Assembly: GCF_000142905.1 (NCBI RefSeq)
Contig: NW_013657671.1
Span: forward strand, 310,001-374,000
Reading direction: 5' to 3'
From: Thecamonas trahens ATCC 50062
Taxonomy: Eukaryota; Protista; Apusomonadida
Length of the DNA stretch: 64,000 nucleotides
The stretch's first letter is position 1, and each line of letters starts with the position of its first letter. Shown here in pieces: positions 22,068 to 33,239 of the stretch. The position numbers and the translations under genes were made by a program. The notes below the pieces were generated by a model. It was not told the DNA's origin, did not search any database, and worked only from the letters and a program-made list of their open reading frames with translations.

Positions 22068-23084
22068 CTAGGTCTTCGGCGGCGTGCCGAGAGCCTCGAG
22101 CATGGCATGGAAGTTGGCCAGCAGCTCTGCGTTGCCCTCCTTCTCCATGGCGGCCACCATGGCATCCTTGGACTCGTAGACAAACTTGTGCAGCGAGTGG
22201 AGCGAGGGCAGGTCCGAGTCCTCGAGCTGGACGAGGCCCGAGGTTGGGGCCGACGAGACGACATGCGAGTCCGGAAGGGTGGCCATGGCGTCAAAGTAGT
22301 TGTAGAGGATGCCCTGGTAGTCGTCGAAGAACTCGTTCATGGCGTTGAGGTACGCCTCTTTGGAGCCATACTGGACACCGTTGGACAGGTTTTGCAGCGC
22401 CTTGGCGACCAGGACCAGACGGCGACGCTGCTCGGGCGTCGGCAGGTCGTTGGCCAGGCCCGACTGCTGCGGCGAGAGAATAGCCGGGCAGAAGAAGCGG
22501 AGGAAGATAAAGCCGCCCACAACCATGTGTTGCGACTTGGGGAACTTGGGCGCCGTCTCCACCTGCAGATGCTGGCAGATCTCGCGGAACTGGATCGGCG
22601 CCGCGTCGACGGTCTGCACAATCTGCTCCACAAACCGCTCGCACCAGTCCATCAGGTTGTTGAGGTTTTCCACAAGGTCTTCGTCCGGGTCTGCCTTGGC
22701 TGGGTTCACCTCAAAGCCCTCGGTCGACGAGAACAGCAGCGTCACCAGCCGCTTGAGCGTGTTGACCAGGTAATTCTTGCCTATTGTTTTGGCGTATGCC
22801 GTCATCAGCTTGGTCACCGTCGTGTTCTCGCGGAACAGCGTTCCGCCGTCCTGCGTCTCCTTCACCGTCTGCGTGATGCCGTGCTTGATGATCTCGATCG
22901 TCTTCTCCTGCCGCTCCATGATGTACACGATCGAGTCCAGAATCGCCGCCTGCTTGGAGACATGGCATGCGTTGGTAATCGCTGTCACAAACGCAAGGTC
23001 CGGTTCCACCACAAGCTGCACCATGTCCATGTACCGGTCCACTCCCTTCTTCCCGTCCTTGCCCTTCTTCTTGAACAGCGCCAT
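22068..23084 (-). CDS. Stand-alone RasGAP-domain protein
   Basis: TLFRENT (arginine finger), GGFIFLRFFCPAILSP, RRLVLVAKALQNLSN and KEAYLNAMNEF. Confidence 0.93.
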   Translation of the reverse strand: MALFKKKGKDGKKGVDRYMDMVQLVVEPDLAFVTAITNACHVSKQAAILDSIVYIMERQEKTIEIIKHGITQTVKETQDGGTLFRENTTVTKLMTAYAKTIGKNYLVNTLKRLVTLLFSSTEGFEVNPAKADPDEDLVENLNNLMDWCERFVEQIVQTVDAAPIQFREICQHLQVETAPKFPKSQHMVVGGFIFLRFFCPAILSPQQSGLANDLPTPEQRRRLVLVAKALQNLSNGVQYGSKEAYLNAMNEFFDDYQGILYNYFDAMATLPDSHVVSSAPTSGLVQLEDSDLPSLHSLHKFVYESKDAMVAAMEKEGNAELLANFHAMLEALGTPPKT

Positions 23085-24305
23085 CGTGAGTCTTGTTCTT
23101 CAAAACAAGGACCAACAACTGTTACCTGCTCCTGCTCTTGCTCTTTGTTCTTGCTCTTGCGGTACTGGGCTGGAGCTGCTAGTCGTGTGCTGCTTCTTGT
23201 CCTGCTTCTATCTCCTGCTTTGTCTCGAGTGCCTTTCCCCACACCCGCCCGTGTCCAGCAGCAAACAACGCATGAGTTTCTCCCGTTGGCCAGACACCCC
23301 CGCCCGCCCGCCCCCGCGCCCCTGCCCGTCGCCCACCTCCCCCGGCCCCCCCCCCCCTTTCCCCCTTAGCCCCCCCCCCCCCTCCCCTCCTCGTCCATGC
23401 TCTTTGTATTCTCGTCACCCCCTCCTCCCTCCTCTCCCCTCCCCCCCCCCTCCCCTTTCCCCCCCCCTCCCCCCCTCACCATTGTGGTCGCAGAGGCAGA
23501 GAAAAAACCAGGCACCGCCTCAGCCCGCACCCCACCCGGGCCACGTGCCCAACCATGACCTCCCACTCCCTCCCTCCCACTCCCTCCTCCCTCCCCTCCC
23601 TCTTCGCTCCATACACAATCCCTCTCTCCTTCCTTCCCCCTCCNNNNNNNNNNNNNNNNNNNNNNNNNNNNNNNNNNNNNNNNNNNNNNNNNNNNNNNNN
23701 NNNNNNNNNNNNNNNNNNNNNNNNNNNNNNNNNNNNNNNNNNNNNNNNNNNNNNNNNNNNNNNNNNNNNNNNNNNNNNNNNNNNNNNNNNNNNNNNNNNN
23801 NNNNNNNNNNNNNNNNNNNNNNNNNNNNNNNNNNNNNNNNNNNNNNNNNNNNNNNNNNNNNNNNNNNNNNNNNNNNNNNNNNNNNNNNNNNNNNNNNNNN
23901 NNNNNNNNNNNNNNNNNNNNNNNNNNNNNNNNNNNNNNNNNNNNNNNNNNNNNNNNNNNNNNNNNNNNNNNNNNNNNNNNNNNNNNNNNNNNNNNNNNNN
24001 NNNNNNNNNNNNNNNNNNNNNNNNNNNNNNNNNNNNNNNNNNNNNNNNNNNNNNNNNNNNNNNNNNNNNNNNNNNNNNNNNNNNNNNNNNNNNNNNNNNN
24101 NNNNNNNNNNNNNNNNNNNNNNNNNNNNNNNNNNNNNNNNNNNNNNNNNNNNNNNNNNNNNNNNNNNNNNNNNNNNNNNNNNNNNNNNNNNNNNNNNNNN
24201 NNNNNNNNNNNNNNNNNNNNNNNNNNNNNNNNNNNNNNNNNNNNNNNNNNNNNNNNNNNNNNNNNNNNNNNNNNNNNNNNNNNNNNNNNNNNNNNNNNNN
24301 NNNAC

Positions 24306-24923
24306 GCTGCTGTCGCCGCTCTCGCTGATCCGGTCATCGACGACGCCGTCATCGCCGGTCTGGTCGCTTCTGGCAAGATGGAGATCACCTTTCGCCATGC
24401 CCAGCACAACGTCATCATCAAACTCGCCAAGCTGAGCAGGACTGCCGTTCGGAGTAATCTTGAGGCGCTGCTGATTGCGCTCGCCTCTGCCGCGCCACGC
24501 CTGGGCCAGCCGCCACCAGCCGCTGTTACTCCTCATCACGCCGGCGCGTCTGGCTCAAGCGTCGCGCCCGCGCTTGCCATTGCCGGCACGCCAGCAAGCT
24601 CGTCATCGGCACCCTCTATCGAGTCGCTGGTGGCCAAGGTCGAGTCGGCCGAGTCGGTCCGTAACGAGCTCGCCCTCGCCCTCCAGCTTGCCAGCGAGCG
24701 GAACCACGAGCTGGAGCGTAAGATTGAGGAGGCCAATGCGCTCCTTGCCTCACACGGGCTGGAGACCATCTCGCTAGGCGCTGTGCTTGGAGCCGCGTCG
24801 GGTGGTGCTGGTGTAGGCGGCCTCTCGTCGAGTCCCAAGCGCAAGCGACCTGTGGTGGCTTCGACGTTCGCAGGGCGAACCAAGAAGAAACGCGGGCTCA
24901 ACCTCAAGCGCAAGAAGAAGTGA
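24306..24923 (+). CDS. 5'-partial coiled-coil protein with a basic C-terminal tail (possibly XLF/PAXX-like)
   Basis: Open frame from the gap edge. Coiled coil ELALALQLASERNHELERKIEEAN, followed by the tail PKRKRP...RTKKKRGLNLKRKKK. Confidence 0.5.
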   Translation, partial: AAVAALADPVIDDAVIAGLVASGKMEITFRHAQHNVIIKLAKLSRTAVRSNLEALLIALASAAPRLGQPPPAAVTPHHAGASGSSVAPALAIAGTPASSSSAPSIESLVAKVESAESVRNELALALQLASERNHELERKIEEANALLASHGLETISLGAVLGAASGGAGVGGLSSSPKRKRPVVASTFAGRTKKKRGLNLKRKKK

Positions 24924-24989
24924 GTGTTAACGGAAGCGTGTGCATCGTAAAGTACGTGTGTGTGTGTGTGTGTGTGTGTTTGTGATGGA

Positions 24990-26446
24990 TCAAAAGTCGG
25001 GCGTTCCGTCCTTGAGCGCACGCTGGCGCTCGGCCTCCTTCTCGGCGCGGATCTCCTGGATCATCTCGGCCGTCGACTTGGGCTTCCACGTGGTGGCCGC
25101 AGGCGTAGGCCGGCTCGACTCGCCACGCAGGCTGTCGTCGTAGAGGGCGACCGGCTCAAAGTTGTGGGTCTTGGCGCCGACTGTGGCCGACGAGACCACA
25201 GGCCGCGGGAAGGCCGAGTCTGTGGCGTTGATCGAGCGCTCCGAGGTCGGGCCAAGGAGCGGGCGGCCGTGCTCCCAGCGGGCGCGCTGCTCACGCTTCT
25301 TGGCCTGGATGGCACAGCAGGCAAAGATCAGGCCCATCAGCTGGAGCAAGCCCACCACCGAGCCCACAATCTCGATGATGAGCAGGTTCTTCTTCACTTC
25401 GTGCTCCAGCGCCTCCTTGCACCCAGGCAGCCGGCACTTGCCCAGGTCCGGACACGCCTCGCACACCGTGTTCGACGGCGACGTCGGCGTCTCAAACCCG
25501 CAGCAGTGCTCCCTGCGCTGGAAATCATTGCGCATGCCCTGCCCAGCGTTGCGCCAGCCCTTGGAGAGCAGGTGCTCCATCTGCGCACGCTGGGTGATCG
25601 AGAAGACGACCACAAAGATCTCCGCGAGCACAATAATAAACATGAGGCAAAAGTACAGCCGCAGCACCATGTTGGACTTGAGCGCCACGCCGCACATGCC
25701 CAGCAGCGCCACCAGCGCCACCAGCCCGCCGAGCACCACCAGAGCTGTGTCCCATAAACCACCATCAAAGGGAACGACCACGACCGACGATCCCCCCCCC
25801 TTTTTTTCCCCCTCGTAACACGAAAGCGAACAGAAATGCCTTATGACAAATTTTAGCCCTCACGAGGAGAACGCCCACCGCGGGTCGTGCGCCGCGGGAC
25901 TGCTCGCCGATGATGGACACCCTACGGGATTCTTTCTCCGGGTCCTTACGATTTCCCGACGATCAGGTCGGGTTCGATCGCGTGGCCAAGCCATGGGAAG
26001 CGTCTTGGAAGGTTAGGATATAACAGAAAACTTCCTCAACTGCCAGGCACCCAAAAAAAAAGAGACAGGGATGAAACACTACACCACGACGCTGGTATAN
26101 NNNNNNNNNNNNNNNNNNNNNNNNNNNNNNNNNNNNNNNNNNNNNNNNNNNNNNNNNNNNNNNNNNNNNNNNNNNNNNNNNNNNNNNNNNNNNNNNNNNN
26201 NNNNNNNNNNNNNNNNNNNNNNNNTCCCCCCCTCCTCCCCTCCCTACCCCTCCCCCCCCCCCCCCCTCCCCTCCTCCCCCCTTCCTTCCCGTCTCCGTCC
26301 TACTTACCCATGCCTAGGTTCTTGTCCACCAGCGAAAGCCCCATGTCGGTGTCGGAGAGCGCAAGGCCACCCATGGCAGCAATACCGGCACCGCAGATGA
26401 AGAAGAGGGCGTTGATGATGACTAGAAGCTTGCGTGTCGCAGCCAT
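24990..26446 (-). CDS. Tetraspanin
   Basis: Exon 1 from ATG 26446 encodes TM1 (KLLVIINALFFICG). Intron GTAAGT 26307..25745 CAG spans a gap. Exon 2 has TM2, TM3, a large loop with CCGF and further Cys, then TM4. Confidence 0.9.
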
Positions 26447-26657
26447 GATCTCTCTTTCTCGCCTGAGCGTCGAGTGGCAGAGGCGTGGACGTCGGTGGTC
26501 GTTTGCACTCGCGTCCGCACGTGCTGCTCGCGCTCCTTGGATACTCGCAGGCAACGCGGCGATGGGTTGGGGGGGAGGGGTGTGTGTTTCACAAGGCCAG
26601 CTGCGGCCGGCTGCGGTCGGCTGCGAGAAGCAACAGATTGAAGGCAGGAGGTGGAGC

Positions 26658-28815
26658 TCATGCTGCCAGCGAGCCGAGAATATCCTCGTCGGGCACGTCG
26701 TTGTAAGCGTCCGAGGCGGCCGCGTCCGAGGCCGAGGCATCGGTGACCTGGAAGCCCTTTTCGAGCTGGATGAGCTGCTGCTCCAGAGCCGAGTTCTCCT
26801 GGCGGAGAACCTTCATGTCAGCACGGAGCTGCTTGTTCTGCTTGTCCCACTCCTGGCCCTTTTCGATCTCGGCCTCGAGCTCCTTGATGTGGGCGGTGAG
26901 GAGGTTCTTGGACTCGGTGATCTCCTTGAGCGTCCGCTCGTACTGCTCGTTCTCGATGGCGTCGATGTCGGCCTTGCGCTGCATCTGCTGCATCTGCGTC
27001 TGCAGACCCTTCTTCTCGGCAGAGAGGGCGGTCTTCTGGTTGCGGAGCGCCTCGACAGCCTCGAGGGCCTTGTCGCGCTTCTGCTGGGCCTCGGTCATCT
27101 GAGCCTGCAGCTCGTTCATCTCCGACTCGGAGGCCGAGACCTTGGCCCGGAGCGCCGACAACTCGGCCGAGATTTGTGCCGATGCCGTCGTCGTCGACTG
27201 CTCGTATTGTGTGAGCTGGAGCGTCATCTGCTGCCTTTGCGCAGAGAGCGAAGCCACCTCGGCACGCAGCGCCTGGTTCTCCTCCACAGCCGCCGACGCC
27301 GACCGGTTGGCCTCCTTCAGCTCCTGGATTTTCTTCTCGTAGTCGGCATTCATCTCCTCCAGCTGCGCAATCTGGTTCGAGTACTCGTGGATCTCGGACG
27401 CTGCCTTGTCGTGCGCCTGCTGGATGTCCGTGATCTGCTGCTGGATCTGCCGCGACTCGACCATGAGCTGGTCGAGCTGCTCACGAAGCTCGTGGTTCTG
27501 GTGGAGCCAGACCTGCACGTCCTGCAGCTGCGCATTCGCCTCGGCAATCTTCTGCGTCAGCTCCATCCGCTCCTCGGACAGGTCCTGAATCTTCTCCTTC
27601 AGGCTCTGCAGCTCGGCCGGGTTCACCTGCCGCTGCTCAAGCTCCTTAATCCGCTGCGTCTTCTGGTGTTTCTCAGAAATGAGGCCCGAGAGTCGCGTCT
27701 TGATCTTTTGCTGCAGCGTCGACCGGTCGTACTCGAGCGCCGCCACCCGCTGCCGCAGCTCCTCCAGCGTCATCTGCTCCACGTCGTCGCTCGGCTGCTC
27801 AGATGGGTTCTGCAGCTGCTCCAGCAGCTGCTTGTTCTGCGCCTCCCGCTCTGCAACAAGGTTGGCAGCCTGATTCTTCTGCGCAATTAGCTGCGAGAGC
27901 TTGACCTGTTCGTTCAACGTCGCCAATAACTGTGAGTCGCCGCCGCCACCCCCGCATACCGACACTTTCTCCCGTGCTTCTACCCGCTCTCCCGTGCTCC
28001 TTCTGCTACCCCGGGTACACACCCCTTCCCTCCACCAGCCGACAAGCTCTGCTCCGCCCACTCCCCACTCGTTCCCTCCTTCTGCCCCCCCCCCCCCCCT
28101 CCCCCCTCCGCACTTGCTCGCCGACTGAACTCGAACATGCGGTTTTCGGCAGCCGACACCGGCTCGCATTCCTCCGCGCCTCGCTTGCTCTTCAGGCAGA
28201 GTGGGGGACTATGCCCAAGCTCGACGCGGGTCACCCCTTCTGCTTCCGCCAACTACTTATCCCTCGCATCCGCTGTCCTCCTGCTCACACTGGGCGCGAG
28301 GGGAAGGGGGATGCAGCAAGCGGCGGAGGGTTGGCGGACTCACAGGCTGCCGAGGCGAGCCAAGAACCGACGGCGACCCGGCGGGACGACCCGACCTCCA
28401 CCACCCACGCTACACAGCACCCAGAGCGCCCCAAAAGGAAACACAGATACAAGGCATGCCCACCATACCCCAAGGCATGGTTCCCACCTCGGGGAGCGCC
28501 TCTATGCCCCTGCCTGAGCAAAAAATGGAAGCGTTGTCGGCCAAAAAAACGGCGTCGGTCGGCCAGCTGTCGCCACCCGTATCACCGAGGGGGGGGGGGG
28601 AGGGGAGGGGAAGGCGGCAAGCTACACTATTGCCAACATACCTGCACACGCTGCAGTGTGGCCTGCTTCTCCTGGGTCAGCGTCTGAATCTGCTGCCGCA
28701 GCTGCTCATTCTCGGCCTGCAGCGCGTCCGCCATGCTGCCTGTCTGAGAGAAGCTGTCGCTCCCCCGGTTCGGTGGCTCTCCCTCTTTCTCACGCGTGGT
28801 GGCAGTGTCGGTCAT
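26658..28815 (-). CDS. Long coiled-coil protein (Q/E/K-rich), 2 exons
   Basis: Exon 1 28815..28642 (..LQAENEQLRQQIQTLTQEKQATLQRVQ), phase-0 intron GTATGT 28641..27930 CAG, then a continuous heptad-repeat exon. Confidence 0.75.
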
Positions 28816-29226
28816 TGGCCATGTATGCTTTGCTGCTTTGCTGGCCAGTCAACGAACGACCGACACACACTCCAATCGAATAGAATTGATTGCTGCGCTT
28901 CCTCATTGAAGTCATCGATCCCTCATTGTGGTTATCAATCATGGCTATCGATCATGGCCATGGCTATGGATCGTGATGGTTTGGATGCTCTGCCACCAGG
29001 TGGCGGTGGCGGTAGCAGTGGCACTGGCAGCAGCAGTGGCGTCTAGCTGAAGAAGCTGAGCACGCCGGTCAGCCCGCACACGCGACCGACCACACGACTC
29101 CTCTGTTCTGAGAGGTGAGGAAGGGAGACAGAGCCACAGCGAGACAGGCACACAGGTACAGGCACACACTACCAGCGGTATCTCTCTCATCAGGCATCAG
29201 GGCTCAAGTCAGCTACACACTACGCC

Positions 29227-31908
29227 ATGGCTGGACTCATCAGGCGCATGACGTCGGCAGCCGCCGAGTGGCTCTCGTCGTACACCAGGGCCGACGAAGC
29301 CTCCAACACCAGCAAGTTCAAGACCTTCCATCCACCCGAGGTCTCGTTTGCTCCACCAGCGTACAATGCTGTGGCACTGCTGCGGTGGGCAGGAAGCCGG
29401 ACATCGACGTATCGGTTGGTTGTGGGCGGGTACATCATCAACGAGTACGGCTCGTCGCTCCACGGCGTCTCGTCATCGTCCAAGACCTACACCTCGATGC
29501 TGGAGGACTACGAGCGCGCGGTTTGGCTTGATCCACTTGTTGCCGCCTATATATCGGCGCCGCCACTGACTGGACCGCCGTCGCCGGCCACCTCGCAGTT
29601 CCTCAGCCCGATCCGCAAGTACATTCTCCGCAAGGATCTGCCGGGCTATCTCTCGGCCCGGACGACGCTCGCCACGCCGCCGGCCGACCAGGTCCTGTAC
29701 TTTGCCATTGCGTCTGGCTTGCTTGACTTTGTCGAGTTTGTCAAGACCGGCGGCTCGCTGATGACTATCCGTGACTCGCTCGGCAACACACCGCTGCACA
29801 TCGCCATCGAGCTGATCGGCGATCCTGAGTTTGCGGCTGCCGATCCGGCCCAAAACATGGCGCTTGAGCTTGAGCTCGAGATTGCGGCCGAGGCCGTGGC
29901 CGAGGCTGAGACTGAGGCGAGCGCTTCTGCCGGCGCCAGCACCAGCGTCGCACCTGCTGCCCAGCATCCGGTGGCGCCGCCCACGTCACCGGGTGCCGGC
30001 CTGGCTGTCTCGTCCAAGCCGTTGCCCAGCTCGCTTGATCCGGATCTGCACCCGCTGTATCTGTGGCTCCTCCGAGCGCTGCTTGCGGATCCCGCGGTGA
30101 AGGGCGCGAGCGGCCTTGCCGCCGAGCTCTCGGTACCAAACGCGGCCGGCAACACGGTGGTCCACGTCGCGGCCTCGCTCAACGAGGCTGCGATTCTCAA
30201 ATCGCTCGTTCTCCACGGCGTCGCTCCAGAGACTGAGAACAGCAAGGGCGAGGATGCCATGCGGGTTGCAGTCGAAGCTGCCGCTGTCTCGTGTGTCCGG
30301 CAGCTGGTGCTGCTTGGCCACGGCGGGAGTCGGGCGCTCGACTGGTCAATGGCGGCGGTGTCGGACCACGTGGCGACACTGGCGGCACTGGAAGGTGAGC
30401 TGGCCAAGGCTAACGATCCGACGATTGCCAAGCGGATCCGCAAAAAGAACAAGGTCCTGCCCAAGGTCCGACAGGTGGTCAGTTCTGTGTGCACACTCCT
30501 GCAGCTCGGTGCCCCTTTTGAACCACGGCACGTGGAACAAGCTGCGGCGTTGGGCTCGGTCGACCTCTTGCGTGCTTTTGTGGTCTTTGGCGGCATGACC
30601 GGCGACGATCCGCGGTTCCGGCCGGCACTCGTCGCCATTGTCGAGTCGATCCGCAACGCTCTGCCGAGCTCTGGTGACCTCGTCCGGCACTATGCCTGCC
30701 TCCACGCCCTTGTCGACGCTGGGCTTAACATCGAGTGGCTCCTGACCTCGGATGAGTCTCTGCTGGCACACGAGCAGCTTCTTGCAGCGCTGCTTTCGTT
30801 CCAGGAAGAGCCGTTTACAGCAGACGATGCTGCGGCGCTTCTTGCGTCACGGTCAGGAAGCGCGAACGTGCTCGCACTAGATGGCGGCGGCATCCGTGGG
30901 CTCATTCTGGTCGAGCTCCTGCGCGAGCTCATGGCCGAGTGCAGCGCGCTGTGTTCGCGCGGTGACGCGCTGCAGGTCACAGACGTCTTTGACGTTCTCT
31001 GCGGGACATCGACAGGGGGGATCCTGGCGGCAGCGCTTGGCATCAAGGGCCTCTCGCTCGACGACTGCTCGCGGCTGTACTTTGAGTTTGCCGCCGAGGT
31101 CTTTGCACGGTCGGATCCGCCGTACGAGCCAGCGCGACTGGCAAGCATTGTGGACTCCCTAATTGGCAAGGATGTGATGATGTCGAGCTTCACGGCGTCG
31201 CGGGTCTTTGTGGTTGCGACCAATGCGACGCTACTTCCGCCATCCACCTTCCTCTTCCGCAACTACGAGACGTCGTCAAAGTTTGCCTTTGATGGCACTG
31301 CCGCTGGCACCGTGACCGACGCGCTGCTGGCGACGGCGGCGGCGCCGACGTTCTTCCCGCCGCATCCGTTCCATGACCCGGTCTTGCACCGAGACCTCGT
31401 GCTCTGCGACGGAGCGCTGGTGTACAACTCGCCGGTCATCCCGGCGCTGCTCGAGACGGCGGACCTCGACGTGGCGCACGTGGTCAACCTGGGGACTGGG
31501 ACGGCGCGGGCGCGCGGTCCGCGCTCTGTCGACGACCTCTCGCCGCGGATCATTCCCAAGATTCTGCACTCGTCGGGCGGGTCAGGCTCGACGGTCAACC
31601 GCCTGGCGACGTCGCTGGTCTCGGGCAATCTGCACATGCGCGAGATCAATGCGTTCAAGAACGTGATGGAGACGTTGACGTCGGCATCGTTTGCGGCCAA
31701 CGAGACACAGGCTGTCGAGTACATGGCGGCGCAGCAGCACTCGGCGTTCATGCGGTTCAACCCGTGGCTCTCGGACGCGCCGCTTGACGAGGGTGACCTG
31801 GTGGTCATCGTCTCGCTCATGTGGGAGGCGCGATGCTACGCGCGGACGTCGCGGCCGCGACTTCGTGCGCTCGCGGCTTCGCTCATCGCCTCTCGTCCAG
31901 ATCTGTGA
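29227..31908 (+). CDS. Ankyrin-repeat plus patatin phospholipase (iPLA2-beta-like)
   Basis: Ankyrin motifs GNTPLHIA and GNTVVHVAA. Patatin motifs LALDGGGIRG, GTSTG (catalytic Ser), ATAAAPTFF and DGA. Confidence 0.9.
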   Translation: MAGLIRRMTSAAAEWLSSYTRADEASNTSKFKTFHPPEVSFAPPAYNAVALLRWAGSRTSTYRLVVGGYIINEYGSSLHGVSSSSKTYTSMLEDYERAVWLDPLVAAYISAPPLTGPPSPATSQFLSPIRKYILRKDLPGYLSARTTLATPPADQVLYFAIASGLLDFVEFVKTGGSLMTIRDSLGNTPLHIAIELIGDPEFAAADPAQNMALELELEIAAEAVAEAETEASASAGASTSVAPAAQHPVAPPTSPGAGLAVSSKPLPSSLDPDLHPLYLWLLRALLADPAVKGASGLAAELSVPNAAGNTVVHVAASLNEAAILKSLVLHGVAPETENSKGEDAMRVAVEAAAVSCVRQLVLLGHGGSRALDWSMAAVSDHVATLAALEGELAKANDPTIAKRIRKKNKVLPKVRQVVSSVCTLLQLGAPFEPRHVEQAAALGSVDLLRAFVVFGGMTGDDPRFRPALVAIVESIRNALPSSGDLVRHYACLHALVDAGLNIEWLLTSDESLLAHEQLLAALLSFQEEPFTADDAAALLASRSGSANVLALDGGGIRGLILVELLRELMAECSALCSRGDALQVTDVFDVLCGTSTGGILAAALGIKGLSLDDCSRLYFEFAAEVFARSDPPYEPARLASIVDSLIGKDVMMSSFTASRVFVVATNATLLPPSTFLFRNYETSSKFAFDGTAAGTVTDALLATAAAPTFFPPHPFHDPVLHRDLVLCDGALVYNSPVIPALLETADLDVAHVVNLGTGTARARGPRSVDDLSPRIIPKILHSSGGSGSTVNRLATSLVSGNLHMREINAFKNVMETLTSASFAANETQAVEYMAAQQHSAFMRFNPWLSDAPLDEGDLVVIVSLMWEARCYARTSRPRLRALAASLIASRPDL

Positions 31909-32136
31909 AGTCATGGTGCTACAGTCGTTTGGCTACTTGATGGACTCTATCTCACCGCTGTTGACAGTAGCGGGAGGCTGTGGCCGGTGCGCGATGGAAG
32001 CGCGCGCAAGCCGGCAAAGGTACATTATGCGCCAGAGGCGCCGTGTTGCAGGGCTGGAGAGAGGCGTGCCGAGGTGGGAGCCGAGCTCAAACCCTGTGGG
32101 AGAGAGAAGAAAATAAGAGGCAGCAGGCTGCGGGGA

Positions 32137-32946
32137 TTAGCACGAGCCGTCGGAGAGGGTGAACGACGACTGGCCGCGCTGGCGGTAGGTCCGGGCGAGA
32201 TCCTTGTTGTCGCGGGCCTGGCCGGCGGCCTCGCGGGCGGACGGGGCGCAAGCGGCACTCGCGCCGGTGGCGTAGGGTGCGGGGGCCGGGGCGGAGCGGC
32301 GGACGACGCGCTGCGGAGCGGGCGCACCAAAGATGTCGTTGTCGACCGGGCGGTACGAGAGCTGCGGACCAGGAGCAGCAGCGACCGCGCGAGGGGCGGC
32401 GTAGTCTTCGGCGGCCTCGGCGCCGTAGGCAGCGCGCGAGGCAGTCTGGTAGGCCGAGGCCGGCGAGTACGCGGCCGGAGCGGACTGCTCGCCGCCCTGA
32501 TGGAAGATGTCGGACGACATGCGAGCGCGATGCGAGACCGGCGCGGCAGGCTGACGGTAGGCATCGGCGTCCCAGTCGACGGGCGCGGCACGCGGAACGC
32601 GTGCGGGCGGCGACGCGACCGGCGCCTCGCCGGCGCCAAAGATGTCGTGATCCTGCGGGCCACGGAGGAAGCGGCGGGCACGGGAGGTCTCAGCCTGCGA
32701 CTGGTCCTGCGAGGTGGCAAACGGTGCCGGGCGAGCGGCCGGCCGGGCAGCGCGAGCCGGAGCAGCAGTCTGGGCCTCGTAGCCGCCGAAAATGTTGTTG
32801 GACTTTGGCGCGCGCTGGCGGATGGGTGCGACGTTGGAAAGTGCCGGCATGTTCTCGGACGCGGCGTAGGCCGAGCCGGAGACAGGGTTGCGGGCCGCAG
32901 GAGCGGAGGCGCGTGTTGACGGCACAAATTCTTGGTGTGAGAGCAT
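32137..32946 (-). CDS. Disordered protein with repeated (N/D)IF(G/H) motifs (HN1/Jupiter-like)
   Basis: SNNIFG, DHDIFG, SSDIFH and DNDIFG repeats, C-terminal RGQSSFTL, and A/P/R-rich linkers. Confidence 0.55.
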   Translation of the reverse strand: MLSHQEFVPSTRASAPAARNPVSGSAYAASENMPALSNVAPIRQRAPKSNNIFGGYEAQTAAPARAARPAARPAPFATSQDQSQAETSRARRFLRGPQDHDIFGAGEAPVASPPARVPRAAPVDWDADAYRQPAAPVSHRARMSSDIFHQGGEQSAPAAYSPASAYQTASRAAYGAEAAEDYAAPRAVAAAPGPQLSYRPVDNDIFGAPAPQRVVRRSAPAPAPYATGASAACAPSAREAAGQARDNKDLARTYRQRGQSSFTLSDGSC

Positions 32947-33239
32947 TCTGTGTTGGTGTGAGGGGGGAAGAGGGGTGGCTTGCCGCAAGTGCTTGGCTGT
33001 GGTGCGGGTGTGGTTTGCGTGTTTGGGCGCGGTGTTCCGTCGGTGGCTCGCACAAAGTTTGTAGTGTTTGTTGGTGAGCGGCGAACAACAGCGTGCTTCG
33101 CGGGGTTTTGAGGTGGAGGGAGGAACCTTCCAATCGGAGAGAGATCGGTGAGTGCAAGGCAAGCGTAGTGAGTCACGTATTAAAGGATGGTGTGTATGTG
33201 TGGGGTGGGGGGTGGGGATGGGGGTGGGAAAGCAGCCTG

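Noticed and set aside
25820-26099. Compositionally odd sequence in the tetraspanin intron, considered as a snoRNA or insertion
   Set aside because: No clear C/D or H/ACA boxes, and it lies between a homopolymer and an N gap, so it may be low-quality read end.
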